A stretch of DNA of 64,000 bases from Ylistrum balloti (taxonomy: Eukaryota): NCBI RefSeq assembly GCF_031769215.1, contig NW_026781959.1, positions 682,001-746,000 of the forward strand. The letters are read 5' to 3'. Within the stretch, counting starts at the first letter, position 1; every line of letters begins with the position of its first letter. The position numbers were made by a program, and so were the translations under genes. Of this stretch, positions 44,983 to 57,689 are shown piece after piece. Below the pieces are notes generated by a model. It ran no database searches. It was not told the origin of the DNA and saw nothing but the letters and a program-made list of their open reading frames with translations.

Positions 44983-46321
44983 CTATAATGTTTGAATCAG
45001 TGAAAACATCATGCTAAAATTTTACTTTCACTGTAGTCAGAATAATCTTAAGTAAATGGTTGTGTTACCTGGTAACTAAAGTAGAATTCTGTGGAATATT
45101 TATTATTTTGTTGTTACCATATTACGAAGCTCTTTTAATTGACTGAAAGCGAACATCCTCCAGTACTATGTAGGGGATCAAAGTCAAGGTCAAATCTATT
45201 ATTAGTACACACATTTACATTTTGCTATAAAATAATGAAGTTGATCAAAATTAATTGACTAGTAGTCAAGGTCAAGGTCAAATTTTAAGTCTTTTTACTG
45301 ATATGTGTTTTGTTATATATGACAATATGAAGCAAAGTTAAATTGAATGAAATGAATAAAAGCATGATCCAAGGTCAGAGGTCACAGTCCAGGTAATTAT
45401 TCTATTTCTAAACTGGTACATAGTTTTATTGATGTGATGGATCAAAGATGGAGTTATTAAGTCATGGTATACTAATAAAGTTCAGAATAATGGGTCAATT
45501 GTCTTGTTATTTATCTTTTTACATAAGAATACTTCGTAATGAACAGAAATGTGTTCATAACAAAATGGGAGACAAATGCTTTTGGTACACATTTCTACTT
45601 AAAGACATGTTACTGGTAAAGATGTATTTCATAGCTTTCTTAGAAAATTGTTTTTATTCTGGTATACATATCTAGCTGTATTTATCTAAACACATGTTGC
45701 TGACTAATTCATTCTATATATTTTTTCTTTCCAGTTGATGTGAGTGCTGGATTACAGCAGGGAGCAAACAGGCATGTACATTTAATTGCTTTCAATTTTT
45801 ACAAACATATGAGCATTTGAATATATTGAGATTTTTAATAGAATATTTAAGTAAGAAAGTAATGAAATATGGGATTGATAAATATCAACACCTTTTAAAG
45901 TATAAACACTCTGTGATAAACATGACAGATAAGGGCAGTTCGATATGACAGAAACTCTTCACAAATTATGCAAAATATAAAATTCAGGTCTTTATATTAA
46001 TTTTAAAATGATGAAATTTGAGAGAGACTGAATAATTTAGTTTACATATGTAGAAAGATATACTGGAGTATTAAACCTAATTCATATGTAAATGATATGT
46101 CAATATACAGTGGGTTATGATTTTATCTTTCAAAAAAAACAGCTGGGTTTCAGTTACCTTGTTTATTAGAATTGAATAGTGTGGGACCAACTTTGAAAAA
46201 AAAACACCCATCTTTCTTGATGTCCTGACACCATCTTCATACATTCTTGTCATTTACAGTCAATACTCACATTAAACATCTTAGGATTACTGAAAGAAAG
46301 AGTATCATGTACTAAAATGAC

Positions 46322-46880
46322 TTTTCTCATGTGCTTACTTTCAGAGCACAAGTAGTTATAATTGACCCACTGCGATTCCATTATCCCCTGTCACGCATCG
46401 TGTGTCATACCTCTGTAAACAATCTTTTAACATTTTCAATTTTTTCTAAAAAATACCCTGAACTGATTTCAGTGATGTTTTGCCGAAACCTTCCCTGGCC
46501 CAAGATGAACCAAAATAGTGAATTATATGGTCCTCACCTTTCAGGGGCCTGAGTATACCTTTTGGACCCACCCCTCAGGCTCCTGAAAGGCGGACTCAAA
46601 TTTCAAAAGTCTTCTTCTCAACACCCAGATATGATAGGATCAAATGCTTTTCATGGATGGAATATTCTTAAGGTGCTTTACCAAAATGTGAATTTCATGG
46701 CCTCAGGAGTCTCACATCTCCCTGTGGGGAGGGGGTAAAGTTTACTATAGGTTATATAGGGAAAACAGATTTTTGATCATAATTTGTTTAATTTCCATTG
46801 GAAACATTTCAAATTTGGTTAGAGCGAAGAATGCTGGCTTGACGGTATACCCATATTGATCCTGACTGGCTCCCAGGGGC
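46322..46880. mobile_element. HINE-like element, inverted relative of 36940-37260
   Basis: Roughly 80% reverse-complement identity by eye over about 270 bp. Confidence 0.7.
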
Positions 46881-48165
46881 TGATGGGTCAGATATTCAAC
46901 ATCATTTAATGTTTTCTACACATAAATATCTCTATAAGGGGAATGTCACCATAATGACGCCCTTCTTTTCCTTTTCTATTTTCTTTGTTAAGAATATAAT
47001 TCTGTTTTTATGGAAATCGTAACACCTTAAATAACCATTTAAACAAACCTGTTTTTAATATGCAAAAATGCTTTATAGATCTAGCTAGATTGATATACAA
47101 ACATTCACACGACCCTGATTGTCTCCTAATTTGTTTGTGTTGTTATAAGCCGAATTATGAAATCAACAGAAAATATTAAAATTATAACCCAGCAGAAATT
47201 TTAGTGACCAGCATACACACTTATGTATTTACCCAATACTCTGAATAAAATCTATGATCCAGTGACCTTTCATTTCTGGATTTCCCAAAGTGTGCTATTA
47301 AGACAATTTGGCTGGGAGTATTCCCACCCATTTCGCCGGTCCAAACTGACCACAGGAAAGATATTTTGATATCAACAATAGTTTCTATAGTTATTAGAAG
47401 GAGTTCATAAAAAGTCAGAAATTTTTGCAACTTGAGCAAAATGTCCCTTAAAGGTTTGCCTTCAGATTTAATAAAAAACACAAAAACATGATATGTGTAA
47501 AACTTCTTTATTTTCCCTTACAAAATACATATACAAATCTATAACTCATTCCACCAATATATGGCGAGCTTTGTGATATTCTAAATCTATCACATAATAT
47601 CTTACAACTAACACATCTAATGACAAGAAGCAAAATAATTGTCATTTGCATGCTTCACTTGGTTGTGTACGTGGTGTATTCTGTGTGATATTCAATAGGT
47701 TCTATAAATATTTAAATAAAATACTGACATGTCCCAATATAAATTATTCATCTAACAGGTAATTGTTTTCCAGAAGAAAATAAAGGGGTTGAAAATCCTA
47801 TTTTAACCTAAGTGAGGTTATATTCTCTATATAGGGCCATTGATTATTCACTTCTCCAGAGGGAACATCCTTATAAGTCGCTATAGGTATGTGACAGAAG
47901 CTAAATCTTATGATGTCACTGTGAGGACCAATAGGGAAGATTTCGTCCTCTGTCATATCAGACCTTCCAGGAACACCAAACCTGATATCAGGATTAAATC
48001 TGTTCATGATTAATTTCATCAATTCCTTTTAGTTGTGGGCTGACATAATGTAGCAGAATCTCATTGGAGGCAAAGCACAGAATGAGATATTACAGAACAC
48101 TAGCCCAAGACTGAAATAAGTCTAGGTATGATGTTCTTTTTCTCATACATAATTGTGTCAAAATA

Positions 48166-48288
48166 AAAACATTTCAACAAATTTCCTTTCCAAATGCATC
48201 CTTTTTACTCTATAAGCTCCCTCAGAGTAAAACATTTCAACAAATTTCCTATCCATATGCATCCTTTTTACTCCATAAGCTCCCTTTA
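48166..48288. repeat. 63-bp tandem duplication
   Basis: AAAACATTTCAACAAATTTCCT...GCATCCTTTTTACTC.ATAAGCTCCCT at 48166 and 48229. Confidence 0.9.
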
Positions 48289-48755
48289 GGAAATTCACCA
48301 GAAAAACAATTGGATACTAATATGGCATCATTTTGCACCAAATGTCACATAAAACATCAGATGAAACAAAAAATCTAGCTGCCACACTAGTTAGCGTGCA
48401 AGATTTCCGTTTCGTGTATGATATTAAGACTGTCGCACATATATGTTAGCAGTTACCAGTAATAAAGTAAAGTATGAAAAATACTTCCTGTTAGTGTAAG
48501 CTTTACAAGTATAGGGTATAAGAGGATCAGTCTAAATAAGTCAGATTATATAACTAGATCAGCATTACTTTACTTCTAACTCATGTTATAGTGACTTTGT
48601 CAAAAAATATTTTTAACTGTTGCTTAGTTTTTAATCTGTATAATTTCTAACCTGTTACCACAGGAAAATATATATACCCATTTAATGAAATCACACGAAA
48701 GTCCCCAAAAAAGTTTGCTTGTTTTATACATAAACACAGAAATCGTCTATAATTA

Positions 48756-48931
48756 CAGGGTTTTCTATAAGAGCCGGTCGCCAGCAAATTTGAACAGCTA
48801 CTTTGATCGTTTGGCCGCCTACACCAATCCAGTTCCTTAATAATGTTCCGTACACGACTACACCTACACGGCAGGCCAGTCTCCTACTTTCACTACACAG
48901 CCTACTACTAACAAAATTATGGAAAACCCTG
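48756..48931. mobile_element. 176-bp hAT-like MITE, copy 2 (inverted relative to 26172-26347)
   Basis: TIR CAGGGTTTTCTATA / TATGGAAAACCCTG; flanked by an AATTA direct repeat; same length as copy 1. Confidence 0.85.
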
Positions 48932-51900
48932 AATTACCATTAGATGTTTAATAACTACCACTACTTCCAGAACCTGTCAGATATCTTGAAACATATATTG
49001 GACATATAACAAATATGAATGATATCAATTATATTAATGGTATAACAATTGCATTTAAGATAAGATTGAAACATCAGTATGCACCAAACATCATGGAGTT
49101 CAGGTGAATTTAACATGGAAACAAAAAAATTGAAATGACATAATACTATAACCATATGTAAAATGAGGGACAACACACATTCTCTTGAGTATTATAAGAG
49201 CAGGCGAACAATAAAACAAACACCAGTCTACATGGTAGTGAAACAAAAAATATGCACCTGTTTCACAACAGTTCCTTTATTAAAAGGAAATTCTACTAGT
49301 TTTCTTCCTTGGAAAGCATTGCTGAAGTTGAATGATTTTTTTATTGCAATGTACATGTGCTTCATTGGAATTTTTTTAACATTGTAAATTTCCTTTAGGT
49401 TAGTGATACATGTATAAGTGAAATTGTTAGTAAATAACGGGATTTAATAAAAAAAAAAAAAAAAAAACTGGTTTGTACTAAAAACCAAGCGGTTTTTTCA
49501 ATAATTGTAAATATATTAACAGGAAGTTTGATGTTTTGTGTCTAATATTTAAGAATTCTATTACAGTAGAATAGTGTGAGGATTCAATTTCATGAAATAA
49601 TGAAATTTCTATTGGAGGATAATTGAATATTTTTAGAGGACAACAATGTTACCAAATATATTTTAAGGAAGATAATTCTGACTCAGAATCACAAAGGGAG
49701 ATCATTCTCACTCAAAATCACAGGCATGATGTCTAAAGCATTATTCCTCAATTGCATTATAGATATTTGAAATAATTTTCTTCTCTAAAAGTTGCAATAT
49801 AACTGTCTTGTTCTAGTTAACATATTTTAGCTAATTGATATGTAAAAATATGTATCTGATGTTAAAATAAAACTATCTGATACACCAGAAATATTTGTGT
49901 TATAGATACTGATTAATTAGTTACTTTGTGAATGTTATAAACATCAGCTTTAATATATAATCTTGGATAATTGAAATATCATGTTCTCGTATTACAGAGT
50001 ACTCTACGGAGAAAATGTTTTTAATGTTTAGTTATCAAGCAGTCTCCATCCAAAATACCCTTTTTTTGATCAAAGTATTTCATATTGCTTCTCCTGTTTC
50101 AGTATATGTAACATTTCAGCTATTATGTTATAGATATGACATTGGTAAAGAAGTTTATAATGTGCACATACTTGCTTTTTATACAAGCATCAAGTGAAAT
50201 GAGAATAATAATTGATCCGTGTCCAACGGAAAAATTATCAAAGTGATGCATGTCGTATACTGTAGTTTTTTTTAAGAGATTAAGTGTCAATCATAAAGGA
50301 TCTCAACATGGAGATTTTTTTAACAAAAACATTTTGTCACAGAAACAGAAAATTAGCTATTGAATTTAAGTTGAAGGTTTGACAAAAATATAATTGTCAT
50401 CAGGTGTTTTGGGGACAACGATGATGGGATGCCATATCTATCCATATGAAAATGCTACATGAAAGTCAGAACATGTAATCAACAAGACAGGCTTTCGACA
50501 TATCTATATATGCTTTCACTGTAGTATGTACATGAATGCAAGTTAAATGCATGATAAAAAGATTAATGTAAACAAGGCACTAGAAATTTCAGATTGAGGT
50601 AAACTTTCACGCTTACTAAATCAATTACATTACCATGCACACAGCATTTACATCATACATGAAAATCTATATTTCATTATCTTTTACTTGACTTCAAATT
50701 AAAAAAACAATAGTATGCTTCAAGATTTGGTGTTAAAGCTGTCATTACAATTCAGGACATACACAAGCAATTTTTGAGGAAATAATCTGTGAAATTAGCA
50801 TGAAAGTGACATTTACAATGTGATATCAATAATTAATCAAACATCATTTACAAAGTATTTGTAAGTGATAAATCATCATTTTTGTTTGAAAATAAGTACA
50901 AAGTACCATCACATGTAAGTAAGCATGAGAGACATGTATCAGCATGATATTTCTGTAAAAAACTAATTTACTATGAATTGTACACAATATAAGGCAGGAT
51001 GCTTAATTGTACGATGGTCCAATAATTCAGTGTACTTAGAATATCAGGGTCACATCCCATGTAGATTAACGTCAAATCCCATGAAAGATAACACGAGTGT
51101 TAAAAAAGTATGATCTTTTGAATAAATGAATTGATCAAACTGCGTATAACAACACATCTTAATTACCCATTTTATACATGTTTGGAAAAAAAAACTTGAC
51201 AAACTATTAAAATGTACATGTAACACATACTTTACCCCATGTTTCAAATGTCAACAATGCATGCCCAGTCTTGTTAAGATTTATATATACAAGTGTCCAG
51301 ACACCAACTTCTAAATTCAATGTACACATCATAAGCTTTAAATTTTTGTTATGTAAGTGCAGACTTATCCAGCAATAGGGTTGATTGTGTCAAACACATG
51401 CAGCTCCCTGAAAGTGGGGGGTGGGCTTATTAAAGGACAACAAAAAATAAAGATTTAGGAAACTGATCTTAACTGCAATGCATGTTTATTTTTTTTAAAC
51501 ATGTTACAACGTTTTTGCTTTCTTATATGTATATAAAAACAATTCTATTTGATAATAATTCAAACAGGAATAGTATTTACCAATCAGTCAACTTCTGACT
51601 GTACAAACATTGTTTAATAATTGGTGCAAGTGTGTATTTGTTCTTTCCTTCTACACTGTACACCCACGCTACAACAGATAAATATGGATTTTGATTTATT
51701 ATGCTTTAGAGAAAAATATCACAATTCAGACGAGAATCAGCTCCTTCTCGGTACAGGTCAAACCTACAGTGACTTTTTATTGTTATTGTAGTTGAAGCAA
51801 ATGTTTAGATTAAAGATCAGCCAAGTAAACATTTCTTGAATGCCGAAAAGTTTTATGGATTAAGTTTTCTCATTTTGTACCCACTTCATGTCTGTCAGTG

Positions 51901-51960
51901 ACTTGTTCAGTGAACCACAATAGCTTAAAATGGCAAGATCAAGCTTAGAATGGCAAGGTC

Positions 51961-52150
51961 ATTTAACCAGTGTCGTAAGTGTTGTAATGGTAGAATTGAA
52001 AGTTTGTCAGCGTTTCTGGTTTAACCACTGTCATGAGTAATGTTACGGTTTGTGTAAAATTGACAGTTTGTCAGCGGTTCTGGTTTAACCACTGTCATGA
52101 GTACTGTTACGGTTTGTGTAAAATTGACAGTTTGTCAGCAGTTCTGGTTT
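51961..52150. repeat. 64-bp tandem repeat, about 3 copies
   Basis: AATTGA(C/A)AGTTTGTCAGC starts at 51994, 52058 and 52122. Confidence 0.9.
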
Positions 52151-52334
52151 ATGAAATAAACAGTTTTAATGCTAAAGTGGTAGCTAATGCATGTAGGTCA
52201 AAAAAAAAAAAAAAAGAGCAACACGTAACCAACTTTCAAAAACAAGGCTGTACAGTTATCGTTGGTGCCAGGCACTACAATTTATGTAACTCTATATCTA
52301 TCAAATCTAGTATAGAAAATAGATGAATTTTCAG

Positions 52335-53060
52335 TGTGCTGGGAATAGGAAATTCTTTTGGCCCCAAGTCAAAGATGTTATGTTCTGTTGTAATCAGGAC
52401 ATCTGTTCATCTCTCTCTCTTTCATGTTTAGTTAGGCCAATTGCACTTGTACTTGACCCAGTGGTTCATCAAAGGAAGTACTTGCAGTGGGAGGAATATT
52501 CAGATTCTGAAGTCAAAGGTCAAGGTCACTGTTACTATAAATATAAAACCAGTTTCTGCAAGATATCTTCAGTTCTGTTTCAATGATTACACTTCAATAT
52601 ACTATGTTGCTTCTTCACAAGAAATATCAAGGTCATCATTATTACAAATTGAAATGGGAGTATGTCTCAAAATGCATATCAGAATGTTACTGAAAACTTA
52701 TTGACTGAAATCAAATGAGAGGTCATCCAACTACAGGTCATTAGGTCAAAGGTCAAGGTCAACATTGAAATATTTCCCTGACATACCTTAGGTCAATGGG
52801 TGAAGTCAAATTTGAATTATGTTTTGAAGTAATGAAGCATTGGTTAAAATCAAAATAAGAATGTGACTCAGGTCAAGGTCACCAGGTCAAAGAATACAGT
52901 CATATTTGAAATGTTCATATTCACAGGCAAGTTTTTGTGCCAAAAAAGCAGTAAACAAAAATTCAGTATCAATGTAACTCAGTTTTATATTCTGGCACAA
53001 TGCAGGGCCCTCCCTGATGTGATAGTATACACCAGATACAATTTAGATTCAATATGAAAT
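52335..53060. mobile_element. Degenerate HINE-like element
   Basis: Repeated GTCAAAGGTCAAGGTCA signature at about 52512, 52746 and 52871. Confidence 0.5.
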
Positions 53061-53125
53061 TTAAAGGAATGATGTCCTTTTTAAAAGATAATAGATGTTG
53101 GCAGATGTAAGTAGGACATTATATG

Positions 53126-54961
53126 TCATACAGTAGACTCGTATCCTATTGGCCCATTGAACACACTGTTTACACTGTGAATTGAAGGACATGAACCATT
53201 AAAATCAAATTCCTTGTGTGACAAGGATGGAGTCCCACGGTAGGACGCCACACTTGTGGGTTGGTTCTCCATTGAGCGAAAGTAGCGCTTCACCACAAAA
53301 TCTTTATCAGACTCATTCAAAGAGCCCATGTCTACATCCTTGAATGGTGTGGTGGACTTCTCCCGGTCTTCCTTGTGACTACTCGCAGTTGAGTTGGCTC
53401 TGCATATGGTAGGTAAAGGACGACCATGTCGATGACGACAGATACAAATAACTAAGATTGCAAATAAAATTATGACAGCCATGCTGCCTAGAGTAAGGCC
53501 AATGATTGTTCCAACAGACATTGTCTCTTCGTCTCCCATTACTTGACACGCCTGAATACTTCCTTCAGACAATGAGGCTACAGGTGAATTCCTCACATTG
53601 GCTGGTGAACCACACAATGGTGTCTTACAGTTACTATATATTGCTATATTTTGCCCTGTAGGGCACAATAAAATTCCATGAACAAACCCCTGTAACCAGT
53701 TCCATAAAGGTCTAATGTGGCAATCGCAGTGCCACTGATTGCCATAAAGTCCAAGCTCTTGAAGATTTTCAAATTTATCAACTGCTACTTTGGGTATATA
53801 CTGTAAAGAATTTATAGACAAATCTAAGCTTCGCAAACTCTGTAATGACTGGAATTGTAAATCTTCCAGCTTACTGAGAGAACATGTACTTAAATTTAGG
53901 TATATTAGCCTGTACAGACCATCAAACACGTGAAGCGGTATGGAACGTAACGGGTTCTTAGATAGAACCAATCTCTCCAGCTGAGGCGCTAAAGAAGCCA
54001 ATGCATTTTCTTCAATGCTAGTTATTGAATTAGATGATAGGTATAAGTTTCGCACATTACACTCAGCAAAAGATGCATGAGATAGAAAATTGATCCTATT
54101 ACGAGATAAATCAAGAGTATTTAGGTTCAATCGCGAGAACTGATGTCTGACAAGAGCAGATATTTGGTTGCCGTCCGCAATAAAGTGCTGTAATGCAGCT
54201 GGGATATGTTGAAAGGTCTCCGTGGAAGGCAACTGATAAATGAGATTGTCACCAATGTCTAGGGTCTGCAGGTGGCGAATGATATTAAATAGGTCAGTGG
54301 CCAATGAATGTAAGCCACAGTTTCGTATCTTCAGTGTACGAAGGTTTATCAGGCCCTGAAATGTGTGACCATGAATTGTTTGTAATTTGTTTGAATCAAG
54401 TCTGAGAAATCGAAGTATCACCTGAGCGTTAAAGGCACCGTTCTGGATACTGGTTATAGAATTGGAGCTCAAATCAAGATGCTGAAGTTGTATCAATGGA
54501 ACAAACTCCTCTTCTATCTGTTGCATATCATTTGACGAGAGATCAAGTGTTTCGAGCTTGACGAGTCCAGCAAAAGCATTCTTAGTGATTGATCTGATAC
54601 TATTATGGGTAAGATTGAGGGTGTTCAGACTGGTGAACTTGGAAAAAGTGTTATCACCAATACTCTGTATTCTGCTGTCCTGTATCAACAGTGAATTAAC
54701 AGTCCCAATGTTGCCACCATCAAAGGTGGTCTGTGACAGGCTGGATACACCCTGGGCAGCAAGAATTTCCAGACGTTTGGTGTGTACAGGCAGTCCCGAG
54801 ATCACTGAGCTGATAGCTCTATTCCGACATCGAACAGTTGTTCCGAAATTATCCTGGAAACAGTTACAGGAAGATGGACATGAAAGAACGAAATCCGTCC
54901 AGCACACCACGATCACTATAGCAATGATGAAGGAACATGGTAGTACTCCCATTGCCATCAT
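53126..54961 (-). CDS. Type I LRR transmembrane protein (tartan/capricious- or LRRTM-like architecture), 611 aa, single coding exon
   Basis: Signal peptide; LRRNT (CPSSCNC...VRC); about 14 LxxLxLxxNxI repeats; LRRCT (NQWHCDCHIRPL); TM GTIIGLTLGSMAVIILFAILVICIC; ~100-aa tail ending ESTV; no TIR, Ig or FN3 domain. The acceptor at 54978 implies upstream UTR exon(s); consensus donors lie at 57490 (CAG|GTAAGT) and 57752 (CAG|GTAAGA). Confidence 0.93.
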   Translation of the reverse strand: MMAMGVLPCSFIIAIVIVVCWTDFVLSCPSSCNCFQDNFGTTVRCRNRAISSVISGLPVHTKRLEILAAQGVSSLSQTTFDGGNIGTVNSLLIQDSRIQSIGDNTFSKFTSLNTLNLTHNSIRSITKNAFAGLVKLETLDLSSNDMQQIEEEFVPLIQLQHLDLSSNSITSIQNGAFNAQVILRFLRLDSNKLQTIHGHTFQGLINLRTLKIRNCGLHSLATDLFNIIRHLQTLDIGDNLIYQLPSTETFQHIPAALQHFIADGNQISALVRHQFSRLNLNTLDLSRNRINFLSHASFAECNVRNLYLSSNSITSIEENALASLAPQLERLVLSKNPLRSIPLHVFDGLYRLIYLNLSTCSLSKLEDLQFQSLQSLRSLDLSINSLQYIPKVAVDKFENLQELGLYGNQWHCDCHIRPLWNWLQGFVHGILLCPTGQNIAIYSNCKTPLCGSPANVRNSPVASLSEGSIQACQVMGDEETMSVGTIIGLTLGSMAVIILFAILVICICRHRHGRPLPTICRANSTASSHKEDREKSTTPFKDVDMGSLNESDKDFVVKRYFRSMENQPTSVASYRGTPSLSHKEFDFNGSCPSIHSVNSVFNGPIGYESTV

Positions 54962-55829
54962 GGCAAGGGATCATATGACTGAAAATAAAACAGAAAAAAA
55001 AATGTAATTTTTACTTGTTCATACAGGTCATGCATAGCTATTAGCTGTATGATAGTAACACAGGATTTCTTAAAAATTCTTGACAAGCAATCGCCTATTT
55101 TATCATTCTTTTTATGAAACTATCTTTCTTTCATTTTACAACAATTACAAATCAAGTTATTCCAACTTAAATTGATCATTCTAGTTGGCCTGGATAGAAG
55201 TATGTAAGGGATCTTACTGAAAGGCAAATGGAGTATCTGGTGCCATTTCCCCTCTTCCCATCCATTCTGAAAATTAAACCCAGGATGCCTTGGTCAAAGG
55301 TGAATGCCTTATCACAGCACCATCAAATCATCATAAAAATAACTTATCACTATATATATATATATCATTTTCATTCATGCAAGTTGTAACACATTTGCTT
55401 GGTCACTGATGATAATTTGTAACAGTATATACCACAACTGTAAGAGAATAACCATACATGATATACCATCTTCAAATTTCTCATCTGCATATCAATTAAG
55501 CTAGAGAGAGGAACGTTTATGACATCAACAGAATGTCAATTTCCTAGAAAAACTTTGTGATTTTATGTTGAGTTTACAATACATACAAAGTTCTGTATAC
55601 TTAAGTCCAATCCAAGATAAATCAAACATGTATGTAATATTCTATTTATAGTTGGTCAGCTTTTTCATGTTTTTGTGATATTAGAACATGGGTTTTTTTC
55701 AGTCAGTCTATTATTACATTGTTGAGTTTAATTTGTTAACTGTTGTCTAATGCAAACTTGTCATCAACATGACATTAAAACTGTTTCTGTGACAAATAAT
55801 GTTAGTTTGTTAATGTCTGGTTATCATAA

Positions 55830-56407
55830 TTAAGGCCACTGGTAGCCACAATGGCTCAGTGGCTGAAGTTAAAGACATGAAATTGCATGCCTTTCTACTC
55901 CTGGTTTTAACCAAGATAAATGCCTGGAACCAACTTCCTTTCAACAAGGATATTTTACCGGCTTTGAAAAGTACACACACCATTTTTATTCTTGATAAAG
56001 GAAAGCAGAAGCAACAGGAGAAAGATGCTGAAATGCTTAGAAAGAAACAGGAAAAGTTTGTATAGCAGCGAAAGGACTTACATGCTAAAGAAAAAAAAAT
56101 GGCAGAAGCAGAGAAAGTGGCGAGAGGAAAGGAAGAATCAGCAAGTGATACGATGAAGGAAGGAAAAGAAAAGCTTGATGGTGTTATTAGAGAAAAACTA
56201 AGGACAGAAAGGCTTTCTTGCTTACTCATATGAAAACACACAAAGAGTTGGAGGAAATACATAGCAGACAATGCCAGTTTGATGAAGAAAACTCTGTATT
56301 GAGGATATAAGAGTAAAGCATCTGATAGAAGTGGCAAAAGGTCTAGCCATACCTCAAACAGAACATCAGAAAAAAGTAGTAGGGATAACCTGGAGAAAAA
56401 GCAATAA
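55830..56407 (+). pseudogene. Decayed lysine/glutamate-rich coding relic, possibly a DNA-transposase C-terminus
   Basis: One frame reads ...LPFNKDILPALKSTHTIFILDKGKQKQQEKDAEMLRKKQEKFV*QRKDLHAKEKKMAEAEKVARGKEESASDTMKEGKEKLDGVIREKLR... with several in-frame stops; coiled-coil-like composition. Confidence 0.4.
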
Positions 56408-56734
56408 AAATAAACATAAATCTATGCCCATTGCACAATTCTAGTGACATGTTTTGCAATTTATTTCATCATGCACCGACTCGTCATTTTCTTTTTGGCA
56501 AAGACCCAGTTTTGTTGTTTGTAAATAAACTTGATGATTTAATAAATGTGAAATATTAAGGGATAGTAAATTATGAAGATTTCAATGGCATACAGTTCTT
56601 GTTACGAATAGAAACAATGTCAACAGCATCATGTGATATTGTGCTATATTTTATTCATGTATTCCAAATCGAAAAATTGAGACAAAATATTTACAAAGAG
56701 CTCCTTTAAATTAACTTTATTTTTGGTATTATTC

Positions 56735-56963
56735 CTACATTTAAAAATTTAATTCCTATATTTTTGGGACTGAAGGTGATTGCACACCCTACATCAATGT
56801 TGTTAAGAAGTCATTTCTTAACAACAATTTGGGTTTCCTTTATGCAGGTAGCTTTCAAAATCAGTGACTTTTCACTTCATTTTCAAGATGTGTCAGGGTC
56901 ATTGATGCAAGATGTCCACTCACCTTTAGTTCCAAAAATATAGGAATTTAATTTTTGAATATA
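56735..56963. mobile_element. Foldback/MITE with long TIRs
   Basis: AAAATTTAATTCCTATATTTTTGGGACTGAAGGTGA (56744-56779) pairs with TCACCTTTAGTTCCAAAAATATAGGAATTTAATTTT (56920-56955), 33/36; internal 12-bp perfect hairpin TGTTGTTAAGAA-gtcat-TTCTTAACAACA. Confidence 0.75.
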
Positions 56964-57689
56964 AACTAAACACACTGAATAACATTGATCCATTGAAAAT
57001 AAACTTAAAACAAACAAGTTGTTCTTCGATTCCCAATAAACAACTTGTTCTTCAATTCCCAATATACACTGTTTTATTGAACAACAGTTGTAAAAAAAAT
57101 CTTAAAATGAAAATACTAACATTTCATCTTTTTTTTTAAAACAAAATTTTGAATTGGTCTAAAAATATGAATAAGGAATGAGCACCTTTAATATGATAGA
57201 ATATATGTATTAGTCACTATGTAATCACGCACATGAAAGGCTCAGGTGAGAGAAAGAATTCATGACAGGATTATCAATTAGACAAAGTATACGGATATTG
57301 AGATTCTTTGCCCTCAAATGCAGCTAGATGTGTATATATCATAACATATATGTCCCTGTTGAAGCTCAAGACATATTTTAATGATAATATACGTTCCTGA
57401 TGTAGACTATGACATAGCTATCCATCCAGTGAATGTGGCTATGCCAATTTCTAGTCATTAAAAACATTCTATATGTATGTATGACTTACCTGATGAGCAA
57501 TAAGTGCACAGCTACTGTAATGTTGCATAGTGCGTAATGATAAATAAGATTAGGTGTGTTTTATATATATATATTTTATCTGTAATATAGCCACTAATTC
57601 ATCTAAAGACAACATCCTTTCCAAACTAGTGTCTTCATAAGATTCCTTTCGTTTCAGTATTGATTCTTTTCGAGTTGTTTACAAAATTA

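Noticed and set aside
45735-45775. Exon-like island after a strong acceptor (TTTTTTCTTTCCAG) that could continue ATG ACA G as MTVDVSAGLQQGAN
   Set aside because: None of the candidate donors (45739 GT, 45771 GC, 45775 GT) restores phase 1 for joining to the ANO10 exon, and no further partner exon was found. It could still be a UTR exon; left uncalled.
49446-49467. AATAAA merged into a ~19-nt A run (possible retroposon tail)
   Set aside because: No recognisable SINE/LINE body or TSD upstream; similar mononucleotide runs occur elsewhere in the window.
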